Origin: Candidatus Moanibacter sp.
GTDB lineage: Bacteria > Verrucomicrobiota > Verrucomicrobiia > Opitutales > UBA2987
NCBI GenBank assembly: GCA_965215885.1
Contig: CBDCEW010000105.1
Span: forward strand, 192,001 to 256,000
Direction: 5' to 3'
DNA length: 64,000 nt
A program made the position numbers and the translations under genes. Shown here piece after piece: positions 1-9,591 of the stretch. How positions within the stretch are numbered: position 1 is the stretch's first letter; the number at the start of each line of letters is the position of its first letter. Under the pieces are notes generated by a model, which saw only the letters and a list, made by a program, of their open reading frames with translations, made no database searches and was not told the DNA's origin.

Positions 1-215
1 AATCTGGATTGCCGTCAGCGTCTATGTGCTCATCGCCATCATCCGCAAACGCCTTCGCCTGGAGATCAGTTTGCACAAAATCCTACAGATTCTCAGCTTC
101 ACCCTATTTGAGAAAACTCCTATGACTGAACTACTTACAGAAACCGATTACACTTTCAATGAACACCGCATTCCTAAACAGTTGGAGTTGTTTGACTTAT
201 AACCGGACAGTACTG
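1..215 (+). mobile_element. 3' end of an IS4-family transposase and the element's right end (truncated by the window start)
   Basis: The frame starting at nt 2 reads IWIAVSVYVLIAIIRKRLRLEISLHKILQILSFTLFEKTP...QLELFDL* (TAA 200-202), a typical C-terminus of DUF4372-type IS4 transposases. It is followed immediately by AACCGGACAGTACTG, which resembles IS4 terminal IRs. Confidence 0.8.
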
Positions 216-328
216 GAATCTTTACTGTTTTAAGGCTCCCCCGGCCTCGCGCTGGGTGGCACCTGATTTTCCATGCTCACATTTTTTTCTCGCTTTGTAA
301 CACCACTGAGATTCAATTGCCTCTTAGA

Positions 329-2044
329 ATGGCACCTAACAAGGAGACCTGGAATTCGCGCCTCGGAGTCATTCTGGCGGTATCGGGCAGCGCGGTAGGT
401 CTGGGAAACTTTCTACGCTTTCCCGGCCAGGCTGCTCAATATGGTGGCGGCGCCTTTATGCTCGTCTACTTTTTTGCCCTCCTCCTCATCGGTCTACCGA
501 TCTGCTGGGCCGAATGGGTCATGGGCCGCCAAGCCGGCCAACACGGTTACAATTCATGTCCCGGCATCCTAAACTTCCTCACCCGCTCTCCTCTTTTCAA
601 ATATCTCGGCGTAATCGGCGTTGTTATCCCTGTCGTCATTTACATGTATTACGTTTATATCGAAGCCTGGTGTCTCGGATACGCCGTCAATTTCCTCGCC
701 GGAGAAATGAGATTTGAGTCCGCCAATGATGCCGGCGAATTTTGGGAGACTTTCATCGGCATCACCCAGGACGGAGAAGCCATCGGATTCGGCTACAAGC
801 AGGTCGGGATCTACCTCTTGCTTGTTTTCCTCCTGAATTTCTTCCTCATTTATCGCGGGCTGGCACGCGGCATCGAGCTATTCTGCAAATACGCCATGCC
901 CACTCTCGTCCTGCTCGCGGTTATCGTTCTCGTTCGCGTCTTGACCTTGGGAGCCCCTCAAGAGGATAAGCCCGAAAACAACGTAACAAACGGCCTCGGT
1001 TTCATGTGGAATCCGAATAAGATCATCCTTCAAGAGAGGATCGTCGACGAATCCGGCACGGAGAAATGGATCGATGTGAGTGAGCTCCTTGGAGAGAATT
1101 CGATCGCCGCCGCGGAGTCCGATGTCTCCGCAGATCCAAATCGCCGCCTCGAACCTAAAACAGTATTGCAGCAACTTAGAAATCCGGAACTCTGGTTGGC
1201 CGCTGTCGGTCAGATATTCTTTTCCCTATCGGTCGGCTTCGGGATTATCCTCACATACTCGAGTTACCTTTCTGGAAAGGATGACGTCGTCTTAAGCGGC
1301 CTGACTGCTACGAGCACAAACGAGTTTTGTGAAGTGGCCCTTGGAGGCCTCATAACAATACCGGCCGGCTTTGCCTTCCTCGGGGTCGCCGGAGTGGCCG
1401 GAATGGGTACATTCGAGCTCGGCTTCAACGTCCTGCCAATGGTGTTTTCAGAGATGCCGGTTGGGCGGTTTTTTGGATTCCTTTTCTTTTTTCTTCTTTT
1501 CCTGGCGGCTGTTACCAGTTCCCTCTCCATGCTCCAACCAGGCATCGCATTTATCGAAGAATCTCTGGGTATCAACCGTCGACAATCGGTCGCGATTCTC
1601 GGAATTATCACCGCGTTTGGTTGCTGGTTCGTCGTCTATTTCAGTAAAGACGCCAAGGCGCTGGACACCCTGGATTTCTGGGTCGGCACTTTTCTCATCT
1701 TTGTTCTTGCCACAGTTCAAATCATAATCTTCGGCTGGATTGTAGGGATCGATCGTGGCTTTGAGGAGGCCCACAAAGGCGCCGCCATACGCATCCCGGC
1801 CTTTTACGGAATAGTCATGAAGTACGTCTGCCCGATTTTTCTGCTTACCATTTTTGTTCTCTGGATCCTCGTAAACGTTTTCGGATACAGCTTCGAAACC
1901 GGCTCCGCGCAAGTGAGCGGATACGTGAAAGACCTATACGGCAAGGATTCTAACCTCGTAGCTCAAATGAGCGTGGCCCTTATCTTGCTCGTCGGTGTTT
2001 TTTCCGCATTTATCGTATCGAAATACAAAGAGTTAGAAGACTAG
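329..2044 (+). CDS. Sodium-dependent transporter, neurotransmitter:sodium symporter (NSS/SNF) family
   Basis: Motifs [41 protein letters not shown] and AAVTSSLS, with ~12 hydrophobic segments. ATG at 329 preferred over TTG 317. Confidence 0.95.
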   Translation: MAPNKETWNSRLGVILAVSGSAVGLGNFLRFPGQAAQYGGGAFMLVYFFALLLIGLPICWAEWVMGRQAGQHGYNSCPGILNFLTRSPLFKYLGVIGVVIPVVIYMYYVYIEAWCLGYAVNFLAGEMRFESANDAGEFWETFIGITQDGEAIGFGYKQVGIYLLLVFLLNFFLIYRGLARGIELFCKYAMPTLVLLAVIVLVRVLTLGAPQEDKPENNVTNGLGFMWNPNKIILQERIVDESGTEKWIDVSELLGENSIAAAESDVSADPNRRLEPKTVLQQLRNPELWLAAVGQIFFSLSVGFGIILTYSSYLSGKDDVVLSGLTATSTNEFCEVALGGLITIPAGFAFLGVAGVAGMGTFELGFNVLPMVFSEMPVGRFFGFLFFFLLFLAAVTSSLSMLQPGIAFIEESLGINRRQSVAILGIITAFGCWFVVYFSKDAKALDTLDFWVGTFLIFVLATVQIIIFGWIVGIDRGFEEAHKGAAIRIPAFYGIVMKYVCPIFLLTIFVLWILVNVFGYSFETGSAQVSGYVKDLYGKDSNLVAQMSVALILLVGVFSAFIVSKYKELED

Positions 2045-2121
2045 ATGCACCAATTCTTAAATACGATGAAGAATGACGATGCGATATTAAGAATCGCAGA
2101 AATGAGAGTGAGCATGGCACT

Positions 2122-2298
2122 ATGACTTCAGGCGGCTGGGCAATCATGCTGGTTTCAGTAGGCGCCGTTACCATACTGTTTTCATGGTGCCTCTTTAAAG
2201 TTCTTCGCACTCCCGGCGAGTCTGAGCACATCCATGGATTTGAGTTCGAAACGCCTGACGAAAAAGCCGAAAGTGAATCCACCGACGTAGAACCCTGA
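2122..2298 (+). CDS. 58-aa single-TM protein, probable small subunit of the NSS transporter (MetS-like)
   Basis: Read manually: MTSGGWAIMLVSVGAVTILFSWCLFKVLRTPGESEHIHGFEFETPDEKAESESTDVEP*. N-terminal TM helix plus acidic tail, directly downstream of the NSS gene; below the ORF-track length cutoff. Confidence 0.75.
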   Translation: MTSGGWAIMLVSVGAVTILFSWCLFKVLRTPGESEHIHGFEFETPDEKAESESTDVEP

Positions 2299-2525
2299 AA
2301 CAGCCGTTGACCACCCTTCGACTTCGCAAAGTCCTGATCCGACCCACAGGCATCTCGACAACGCTTACGACAAGGTAGTTCTCGTAGCCGCGTCGGCAAC
2401 GACGCGGTCTTTCACTCTGCCACTCTGCAAATTTCACTTACCGCATCTCACTGGTTACCGGCCATCCTGATCAGTCAGAGCTGGAGTTTGCTGTCCATCC
2501 GCTCTCTTCACCGAAAGCGGCGCAG

Positions 2526-2900
2526 CTACGCAGGCACTATCTTTGCACAGGCGCCCCGATAATGGACCCGGACTACCTCGTCGTCAGGGTCGTCACGAGA
2601 GCTGCCTACGAGCGCCGTCACTTCGCCGTAGCCATCATCCTGACTTTCGTCACTCCAAGAATACGATGTATTTCCGTCAGCAAAATTACCATGGCGAGAC
2701 AGTTCATTGGCTGATTCTCCAAAGGAGAACGAGGTCCTCGTGCCCGCCCGCGCCGCATACTCCCACTGCGCCTCCGTCGGCAGACTGTAGACATACCCCT
2801 CCGGCAGCCGCCCCGCCACTCGCTCCTGCTCTGTCAGTTTCTCTGCAAAGTCCATACCATCCTCCCAAGATATATTCTCTACAGGCGCCAGCACCACCAA
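2526..2900 (-). pseudogene. Fragment of an FGE-sulfatase/SUMF1-like domain protein
   Basis: PVENISWED...GRLPEGYVYSLPTEAQWEYAARAG...FSFG...VGS is the core of this domain. The N-terminal half and the NxWGLYDMxGNVWEW C-terminal half are missing. Confidence 0.75.
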
Positions 2901-3166
2901 AATCACGATAGATCCCGCGGCCCATTCCGCCATAATCGAAAGTCTCGTTTTCTCGGAAATGAACACTCCCCGTAGCAAGCTACGGAGAATTACCAAGTTA
3001 AAGGACATGAATAGGAAGTGAAAGTGAGGGTGAGCCGTCTTCGCGACGGCGGGCCAAGAAGTCGAAGTGGATCACCCGCCAAGGTTCTGCTCGGCGGGTG
3101 GACGGCGAATCTCCCAGCATTCCAGATAAGCAGTCAACAAATTGTTCAGTTCGCAGCCGCCAAGGC

Positions 3167-4477
3167 CTAGTCGATTAAGGTCACGATTCGGCCTTCCACG
3201 AAATCAGCTGAGATTCGTTCCAGCCTCACTTTCGCCCGCCGATTCGTAAGATCCTTCTCTGAACCGCAGACAACGCGAATGTAGTTGCCCGTATATCCGG
3301 GCCAGGATCCCTCACGCCGATCCTCAAAGAGTACTTCCAGATCGCGACCAAGAAATCTCTCGTTGTACTCGTAGCGACGCCCGGCGCTAAGTTTTCGCAG
3401 ATAGGCGCTGCGGCGGTTTCGTTCGGGCACCGGGACTTGATCCGTGCTTCTCGACGCAGGAGTACCTTCTCGCTCCGAATAGGGAAAGACATGACAGTAG
3501 GCGAACGGATTTTTCAGGAACATCCGGCAGGTTTCTTCAAAGTCCGCTTCGCTCTCCCCGGGAAACCCGACGAGAATATCCGTGCCGATGCATAGATCCG
3601 AAACACGCCTGCTCGCATCGTTGATGAATTCTGTGTATTCCTCCACACCATAACGGCGGCGCATTCGCTTCAGGGTTGCGTCCGAACCGCTCTGCAAGGG
3701 TATATGGAGATAGGGCAACAAGGCGTGTTCGGAGTCCCCCATGCGTGCGATCAGTTCCATGGGAACCGTTGTAGGCTCGATACTGCTCAGCCGTATTCGG
3801 TCGATCCCCAAAGTGGCATTGAGGGCGTCTACCACTGACACAATATCCCGATTCCCGTCTTGATAGGTGCCGATATTCACTCCTGTGAGTACGATTTCCC
3901 GGACTTCTCGGGCAGCCAGATTCTCCGCCTCCTCAATGGTATTATGAAATTCTCTGCTTCGGGCGCGGCCTCGGGCAAACGGAATTATGCAAAATGAGCA
4001 CATGAAGTCGCACCCGTCCTGAATCTTCAGGTTTGCACGTTTTGGATATGGTAGCTCTCCCGCGATCTGAATGGTAAAGTTCTCTCGGTCGATCCGATCC
4101 CGCAAGATTACCGGCCGCGCACTCTTGCCTTGCTCAACGTAATCGAGAACGCTGAGTTTCTCGGCATTGCCTACGATCAGATCTACTCCCGGAATCTCCG
4201 AAATCGACTTCGTCCCCATCTGCGAGTAACACCCGATGACAGCTGTATAGGCCTCAGGATTCTTCCGAATGAATCGCCTTATCACTTGTCGGCATTTTGC
4301 GTCCGCCTCCCGCGTTACCGTGCACGTGTTAATGATGCCCAGATCCGCCTTTTCCCCAAAGGGAACAATCGAGTACCCGGATTGACACAGCCTCTCACTG
4401 ATAGTCTGAGTCTCTGACTGGTTCAATCGGCACCCGACGGTGTAAAGAGACGCCCTCTTCTGAACTGAGAATTTCAC
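3167..4477 (-). CDS. mtaB: tRNA t6A37 methylthiotransferase (radical SAM)
   Basis: UPF0004 domain TVGCRLNQSE / INTCTVT / GCYSQ; radical SAM motif LKIQDGCDFMCSFCIIP; RLSSIEP; HIPLQSGSD; HVFPYSEREGT. Start uncertain (GTG 4477 or up to 4549). Confidence 0.92.
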   Translation of the reverse strand: MKFSVQKRASLYTVGCRLNQSETQTISERLCQSGYSIVPFGEKADLGIINTCTVTREADAKCRQVIRRFIRKNPEAYTAVIGCYSQMGTKSISEIPGVDLIVGNAEKLSVLDYVEQGKSARPVILRDRIDRENFTIQIAGELPYPKRANLKIQDGCDFMCSFCIIPFARGRARSREFHNTIEEAENLAAREVREIVLTGVNIGTYQDGNRDIVSVVDALNATLGIDRIRLSSIEPTTVPMELIARMGDSEHALLPYLHIPLQSGSDATLKRMRRRYGVEEYTEFINDASRRVSDLCIGTDILVGFPGESEADFEETCRMFLKNPFAYCHVFPYSEREGTPASRSTDQVPVPERNRRSAYLRKLSAGRRYEYNERFLGRDLEVLFEDRREGSWPGYTGNYIRVVCGSEKDLTNRRAKVRLERISADFVEGRIVTLID

Positions 4478-4599
4478 AATAACTCCTCTGCCGTTTACAC
4501 TTGGATCGAGTTCAGGTTTAGTATTGCACCCGCTATTCAAGTGAAACAAGATAAATGCATCTTACCTCATTTCACAGGAGTGACGATAGCAACGTAGAC

Positions 4600-5238
4600 A
4601 TGGCAATCATTGCATACCTCTTAATGGCAATTGGCGTGCTTCTTTCCGTCGTTTACGGGATAATTCTGCTTATTAAAGCGTTTCAAGCCTCAGCTATGTG
4701 GGGCTTAGCATATATATTCATTCCATTTGCTGCGTTAGTCTTTATTGTGACTCACTGGGATGAAGCGGGGAAACCTTTCCTGATGTCGTTGCTCAGTATT
4801 CCATTCTTAATTGCCGGTGCCCTTCTGCTGCCGGGCCTGCCATCAGACGCCGCACCGTCTCCTCCTGCCATGGCTCAACCAGCTTCACAAGAGGTGGCGA
4901 AACCGACAATCCAGGAAACCGATCAGCCACCTCCCGAACCTGTCGCGACGGCGGTAGAAACATTCGCAGAAAGTGAGGCAACGGCCGTAACCCCCTCTGT
5001 CCAATTCAGTCAGGGTGGGGATTCTGATCTCAACGCTGCCATAGCAGCCTACCTCGACTCGCTCTACGTCGGGGCCGTCAAAAGCGCAGGTAGAAACAGC
5101 AAGGTCGTCCTCAACAATAAAGTATATCGCCCGAATTCCATGGTAAGCAGCGAATTCAATCTGAGAGTCTTGGAGATCCATCCCCAAGAGATCATATTTA
5201 TCGACGACGCCGGTACCCAATATATCAAATACTTTTAA
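4600..5238 (+). CDS. Membrane protein: 3 N-terminal TMs, Pro/Ala/Glu linker, small C-terminal beta domain resembling GspB-like domains
   Basis: Hydrophobic N-terminus (WGLAYIFIPFAALVFIVTHWDEA), low-complexity linker, C-terminal KVVLNNKVY...LRVLEIHPQEIIF. Confidence 0.7.
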   Translation: MAIIAYLLMAIGVLLSVVYGIILLIKAFQASAMWGLAYIFIPFAALVFIVTHWDEAGKPFLMSLLSIPFLIAGALLLPGLPSDAAPSPPAMAQPASQEVAKPTIQETDQPPPEPVATAVETFAESEATAVTPSVQFSQGGDSDLNAAIAAYLDSLYVGAVKSAGRNSKVVLNNKVYRPNSMVSSEFNLRVLEIHPQEIIFIDDAGTQYIKYF

Positions 5239-5273
5239 CCCGGAAATTTCACGAACGTGAAATTTCCGGGTTA
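5236..5273. terminator. Perfect 18-bp inverted repeat between convergent genes, candidate bidirectional terminator
   Basis: TAACCCGGAAATTTCACG-AA-CGTGAAATTTCCGGGTTA; the outer bases are the TAA stops of both flanking genes. Confidence 0.6.
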
Positions 5274-6527
5274 GGATTTTTGAAAGATGACGACGCGGTT
5301 TGTGTTGGTTCCCTTGCTGCGATTGTCGACGCCCCAGCAATGAGCGGTTTTGGTGAAGTCCTGATCGTTTATGAGGACACACACCGGATCCAAACCCACC
5401 TTCAGTCCTACTTTCCGGACCACTTCGTCGAGCTTGATAGTACCCTTGCGTATCTCGCCGACTTCAATGGCCAGGTAACCCTGTGGGATAAGTAGACGCT
5501 TTATTTCGACGAATGTGTCCTCTATAAATTCCACCCACCGCTCCAATTTGCGAGAAATCGTGAGATTGAGGGATTTTGTCTCTATACTGCAAAACCAACC
5601 GCGAAGCCAGTTATCTCCAGCATAATCAACCGTATCCAGAAAGGGCGGCGAAGTTACGACCAGTTGGAATGCCCCATCCTTCCACCGTCCCGGAATGTCG
5701 GCTCTTCCGACTACCAACTTCGACCGTCTCCCGCCTTCCCGGAGGCAAACAGCAGATTCAGGGTCGTTCCTGAAACCCCGAAAGAGAGACCGGCTTTTTC
5801 TCAGTATCAGCTCCGCAACCTCGCGACGAGGCGGCTTCTGTTTGCGTCTCAAATTGATACGCATCTGTGCCTTAATCGAAGTGGCCTGGTTTGGGGGCAG
5901 AGTATACACGGAAAAGAAACCCGGAGAATGTCCGGTCAATCGATTAATCGCCACCAGGCGAATAAAATCGTCCACTTCATCAAGACTTCCCTCAGATTCA
6001 CGCTGCAGAAGATATTCCCTCAATGCACAAATCTCTTGAAGTGTCTCTGGGTGATAAAACACAAGCAAGTACTCCGGAAGCAGCGCGAAACGCTCAAAAT
6101 CGATTTCGCGCAGCCTCGCCTCGATCGCCTCCAGGGTGGGAGGGAAAAATCGCGGCCGAGTGAGCATCACACTCAGCGGATTCAAATCGCAACCGTACGG
6201 AATTCGTCCCATCAGGGCAGCCTCAAGGAGAGCCGTTCCACGGCCCATAAACGGATCGTAGACGGCATCACCGGGCCGTGTCATCCGTTCGATAAAGAAA
6301 CGCGGAACTTGCGGTTTGAAACAGGCCCGAAAGGAGATTTCGTGAATACTATGGGCCGCCCGCTGCCGTGAGGTCCAGAATTCATTGACGTAGCATGGAA
6401 CGGAACGGCAATCGCTATCTCCCTCTGAAAGGGCAATGGGATAAACTTCGGTTTTACGCCCGAATTCAGAGAAGATCTCGAAATCCCTGAATAGATCTAT
6501 AGCGTGAAAAGCCCTTGCCGTAACCAT
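5271..6527 (-). CDS. Orphan amino (N4-C/N6-A) DNA methyltransferase
   Basis: Motif I VYDPFMGRGT precedes catalytic motif IV VVTSPPF (alpha-class order; SPPF usually indicates m4C). No endonuclease nearby. Confidence 0.85.
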   Translation of the reverse strand: MVTARAFHAIDLFRDFEIFSEFGRKTEVYPIALSEGDSDCRSVPCYVNEFWTSRQRAAHSIHEISFRACFKPQVPRFFIERMTRPGDAVYDPFMGRGTALLEAALMGRIPYGCDLNPLSVMLTRPRFFPPTLEAIEARLREIDFERFALLPEYLLVFYHPETLQEICALREYLLQRESEGSLDEVDDFIRLVAINRLTGHSPGFFSVYTLPPNQATSIKAQMRINLRRKQKPPRREVAELILRKSRSLFRGFRNDPESAVCLREGGRRSKLVVGRADIPGRWKDGAFQLVVTSPPFLDTVDYAGDNWLRGWFCSIETKSLNLTISRKLERWVEFIEDTFVEIKRLLIPQGYLAIEVGEIRKGTIKLDEVVRKVGLKVGLDPVCVLINDQDFTKTAHCWGVDNRSKGTNTNRVVIFQKS

Positions 6528-6583
6528 TCAACAGCACCATGGCGGCGGCTTTCGAAGAATGCAACATCGAGAAGTGTCTTTCT

Positions 6584-7000
6584 TTAGCTCCCTGGTTTTT
6601 TCGCGATTACTTCCCGATAAGCATCGAGCGTGGACTGATAAGCGTCTTCAATCCGGCTGATTAATTCCGCCATTTCAGGCTGCATGCCCTCCTGCGCGAG
6701 GGACTCCAACCGGGAACAAGCTTTGGACAGTCTTTTCCCGCCCAGATTAGCGCTGCTTCCCGAAATGCAATGAGCGCTCCTGTGAATCTCCCTCGCATCT
6801 CCCCTCTCGTAGGCTTCCTTTATCAGCTCTATTCTCGGCCCATTCTCTGAAATGAAAAGACCAAGCAATTCCTGAAGCAACGAATCAGGAGAGTCCTCCG
6901 CCACCGTCGCCAGCAATTTTATTTGCTCGGCGTCCAGAATGGGCTCTTCCTCTGAAGTTGCCAAGCTGACAGTCGTATCCGTTATCACGCTATTCATCAT
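6584..7000 (-). CDS. Stand-alone Hpt (histidine phosphotransfer) protein
   Basis: AHCISGSSANLGG matches the Hpt HxxKGxSxxxG pattern (K replaced by S); helical 138 aa. Confidence 0.85.
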   Translation of the reverse strand: MMNSVITDTTVSLATSEEEPILDAEQIKLLATVAEDSPDSLLQELLGLFISENGPRIELIKEAYERGDAREIHRSAHCISGSSANLGGKRLSKACSRLESLAQEGMQPEMAELISRIEDAYQSTLDAYREVIAKKPGS

Positions 7001-7053
7001 TTATATAATACGAACGAAAGTGCGCAATATTTAGTTAAATTCCCGACAGATTC

Positions 7054-7422
7054 CTAGCTTTCGTCCAGGAGTTCATTCACACGAGCCATCAGCGCCGTGG
7101 GACTGAACGGCTTCGTAAAGACACTGACTGCGCCTGCTGCAAGCAATTCATCCTTTGTGCTCCCCTTACCCTGGCCGGTTACTACGATTAGTGGCACTCG
7201 CGCCAATTCGGAATCTGCCTTGAACTCCCTGATGAGCTCCTGACCCGACTTTCCCGGCAGCATAAGATCAATAATTCCTAGGTCAGGTTTACGAGCGCTG
7301 ATTCGACTAAACACGGAAGAACCATCGCGGCAGATGATCGTGTTGAATCCACTCTTCTTTAGCGTATACTCGAGAAGCCTTACCATCACCGCGTCGTCCT
7401 CCGCAATCAGGACATTCTTCAT
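7054..7422 (-). CDS. Single-domain response regulator (CheY-like receiver)
   Basis: LIAEDD, IIDLMLPG (phospho-Asp), VVTG, TKPFS. ATG 7422 overlaps the upstream stop (ATGA). Confidence 0.92.
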   Translation of the reverse strand: MKNVLIAEDDAVMVRLLEYTLKKSGFNTIICRDGSSVFSRISARKPDLGIIDLMLPGKSGQELIREFKADSELARVPLIVVTGQGKGSTKDELLAAGAVSVFTKPFSPTALMARVNELLDES

Positions 7423-9152
7423 AATTTGGCCTCCCAATATAACATTGTCTGGTCATCTCCGGTGTCTTCACTCCCGATCGCTTCACGTATCTTGAGCTGC
7501 AGCGATTCCCAAAATCGCTCCGGATTGAGCGGAAGCTGACTTTCTACAAATTCCATGAAACTCCCCCATCCCCAAATCTGGCCCGAACGCTCCCATTCGT
7601 AGAGGCCGTCCGTCACCATAAGAAGACCGACTCTTTCTTTCAGAGGAAAGCGCTCAACCGTGTATTCGGTATTTTTGAAGAGACCGAGCGGAGGTCCCGA
7701 GGGATCGATCCGGTCGAGCAATTCTGATTTGTTAAGAATGAGCACAGGGCAATGCCCTGCGTTTACCACTTCTATGGTGCGAAAAGGGGGAGGTATTCGC
7801 GCTATCCCACAGGTTGCAAAAAGTGTCAGATCGCCCACTTCGTAACACAGTATGCGATTCAGAAAGTGAATTAAGTGCTTGAGGCTCAACCCGTTATTCA
7901 GGTTGATGTGCAACGCCGTTCGGAACATAGCTGCCAGCAAAGCCGCAGAAACCCCTTTACCCATGACATCGACCGTGACCAGAAAAAGACTTCCATCCTT
8001 CGCCAGACAGGCCTCCATATAGTCTCCCGCTACTTCCCTCGCGCTTTTTCGCTGCATCCAAATGCGATAGTGTTCTGTCTCGGGAATGCCAGCCGCGGGC
8101 AAGAGATTCTGCTGAATTTCGGACGCGATCTCCAGCTCACGCTGGACGCGCTCCTCACGCGTGTGAATTATCTCGTGGTTCGCATTGACCACAGCGATCC
8201 CGAACAGATCGGTAAAGGTGCGCACTGTATTGAGATCACCTGCTCTAAAATAGGAATCACTATTGAATCGGCCAATCGTGATGTAGCCAAATGTCTCGCC
8301 ACCCGCTTTAATCGGACAGCAGAAACCCGAGCTGCAGTGGCACAATCGGCTGTCCTCCGCAACCTCCTGCGCACTCTCCCAAATGAATTCTTCGCCCTTT
8401 GCGTACACTCTCTCCTCAACCTGAGAACCATCCTTGTGAGCCTGAAATATGTTGAGCTTCTTGAGTTCTCCGAGCAAGGAATCCTGCAGCGATCCGCTGA
8501 AGTGAAGCTTCACATATTCCGCCTTCACAACAGGCATCAAGTCGGAGACCGCCTGAGCAATAAAATGCGATACACTGTCCGACTGAATCAGAGTATCCCC
8601 CAATCGATAAAACGCGGCAAGACTCTCGTAACAGAGAGAGATCTCTTCCAATGCCTGTTCCAGTTCATTCAGTCTTCCAGGATGAAACCCAATCTCAGGA
8701 TGCCTCTTCGTGATATCCAATCGATATCCATCCGGTCCTCGCCACTGTTTCCAATCGTCACAGAAGTTATGGATTAGATACAGGCCGCGCCCTCCCGTTT
8801 CTAACGGATTTTCAGGTAGCTCGGGATGACCCAGGTTCTTCGGACCGGGCCCTTCTCCATCGTCGCAAATCGAAAGGGTTAGAGTATTCTCGCTCAAATT
8901 CCATTCGACTTTTATGCGCTTATCGGGATCACTGCCACTGCCGTGCACGATTGCGTTGGTTACCGCTTCAGTCAAAACCAATTGCCAGTGGGCTACATCT
9001 TCCGAAGACAGCCCTAAACCGTCGAGAAACTCGAAAGAATCATCTCGTACGCCCTCAAGAAGCCCCAGATCTGAAGCAAACTGATAGTTTCTTCCCGTTG
9101 TCGTGCTCTTCTGCATCTTAGGAACGAACCGAATTATAGATTCGCGTACCAA
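7419..9152 (-). CDS. Fusion of RsbW-like anti-sigma Ser kinase (HATPase_c), GAF-like domain and SpoIIE/RsbU PP2C phosphatase
   Basis: EAVTNAIVHG, DDGEG and GGRGLYLI (RsbW N/G boxes); central CCPIKAGGETFGYITI; EVAGDY, DVMGKGVSAA, NAGH, TDGL and DDQT (PP2C). Start may be ATG 9116. Confidence 0.9.
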   Translation of the reverse strand: MVRESIIRFVPKMQKSTTTGRNYQFASDLGLLEGVRDDSFEFLDGLGLSSEDVAHWQLVLTEAVTNAIVHGSGSDPDKRIKVEWNLSENTLTLSICDDGEGPGPKNLGHPELPENPLETGGRGLYLIHNFCDDWKQWRGPDGYRLDITKRHPEIGFHPGRLNELEQALEEISLCYESLAAFYRLGDTLIQSDSVSHFIAQAVSDLMPVVKAEYVKLHFSGSLQDSLLGELKKLNIFQAHKDGSQVEERVYAKGEEFIWESAQEVAEDSRLCHCSSGFCCPIKAGGETFGYITIGRFNSDSYFRAGDLNTVRTFTDLFGIAVVNANHEIIHTREERVQRELEIASEIQQNLLPAAGIPETEHYRIWMQRKSAREVAGDYMEACLAKDGSLFLVTVDVMGKGVSAALLAAMFRTALHINLNNGLSLKHLIHFLNRILCYEVGDLTLFATCGIARIPPPFRTIEVVNAGHCPVLILNKSELLDRIDPSGPPLGLFKNTEYTVERFPLKERVGLLMVTDGLYEWERSGQIWGWGSFMEFVESQLPLNPERFWESLQLKIREAIGSEDTGDDQTMLYWEAKL

Positions 9153-9270
9153 TAATCCGATGTCATAATTCGAGACTTCCGGAACATCAGAGAAAATTCC
9201 GAAAGTGGGTTAATATCATGTTGAGAAATCCGAAATTGAATTCTAGGCTACAGTTTTTTCAGAATTCATC

Positions 9271-9591
9271 ATGCAATATCACCAATTCCATCTAAAGAAA
9301 AGTAAACGGGAATTAATAATTACGATTAACGAATCAAAATTCGACGCTTCCGCGGTAGGCGAGTTTAGGAACCGTCTGTCCGAGGCTTGGGAGGAGGTGA
9401 TATCGGGGGTGACAATCGATTTTTCCAAGGTCGATTTTATCGACTCCTCAGGGATCGGAGCGCTCTTGAGCGTTCAGAAGCGGCTCAAGCAGAGAGACGA
9501 ACCCGTTACCATATTGAACGCCAAGCCACCCGTCATTAGCGTAATAGAACTGCTCCGCCTGCATCGAGTATTTACTCTGCGTTCTCAATAA
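9271..9591 (+). CDS. STAS-domain anti-sigma-factor antagonist (RsbV/SpoIIAA-like)
   Basis: IDFSKVDFIDSSGIGALL with the conserved phosphorylatable Ser; divergent from the kinase/phosphatase fusion. Confidence 0.92.
   Translation: MQYHQFHLKKSKRELIITINESKFDASAVGEFRNRLSEAWEEVISGVTIDFSKVDFIDSSGIGALLSVQKRLKQRDEPVTILNAKPPVISVIELLRLHRVFTLRSQ

Noticed and set aside
2526..3008. Functional formylglycine-generating enzyme for the sulfatase
   Set aside because: Fragment only; lacks the C-terminal half and the catalytic Cys motif.
5271..6527. Complete restriction-modification system
   Set aside because: No endonuclease or specificity subunit adjacent.
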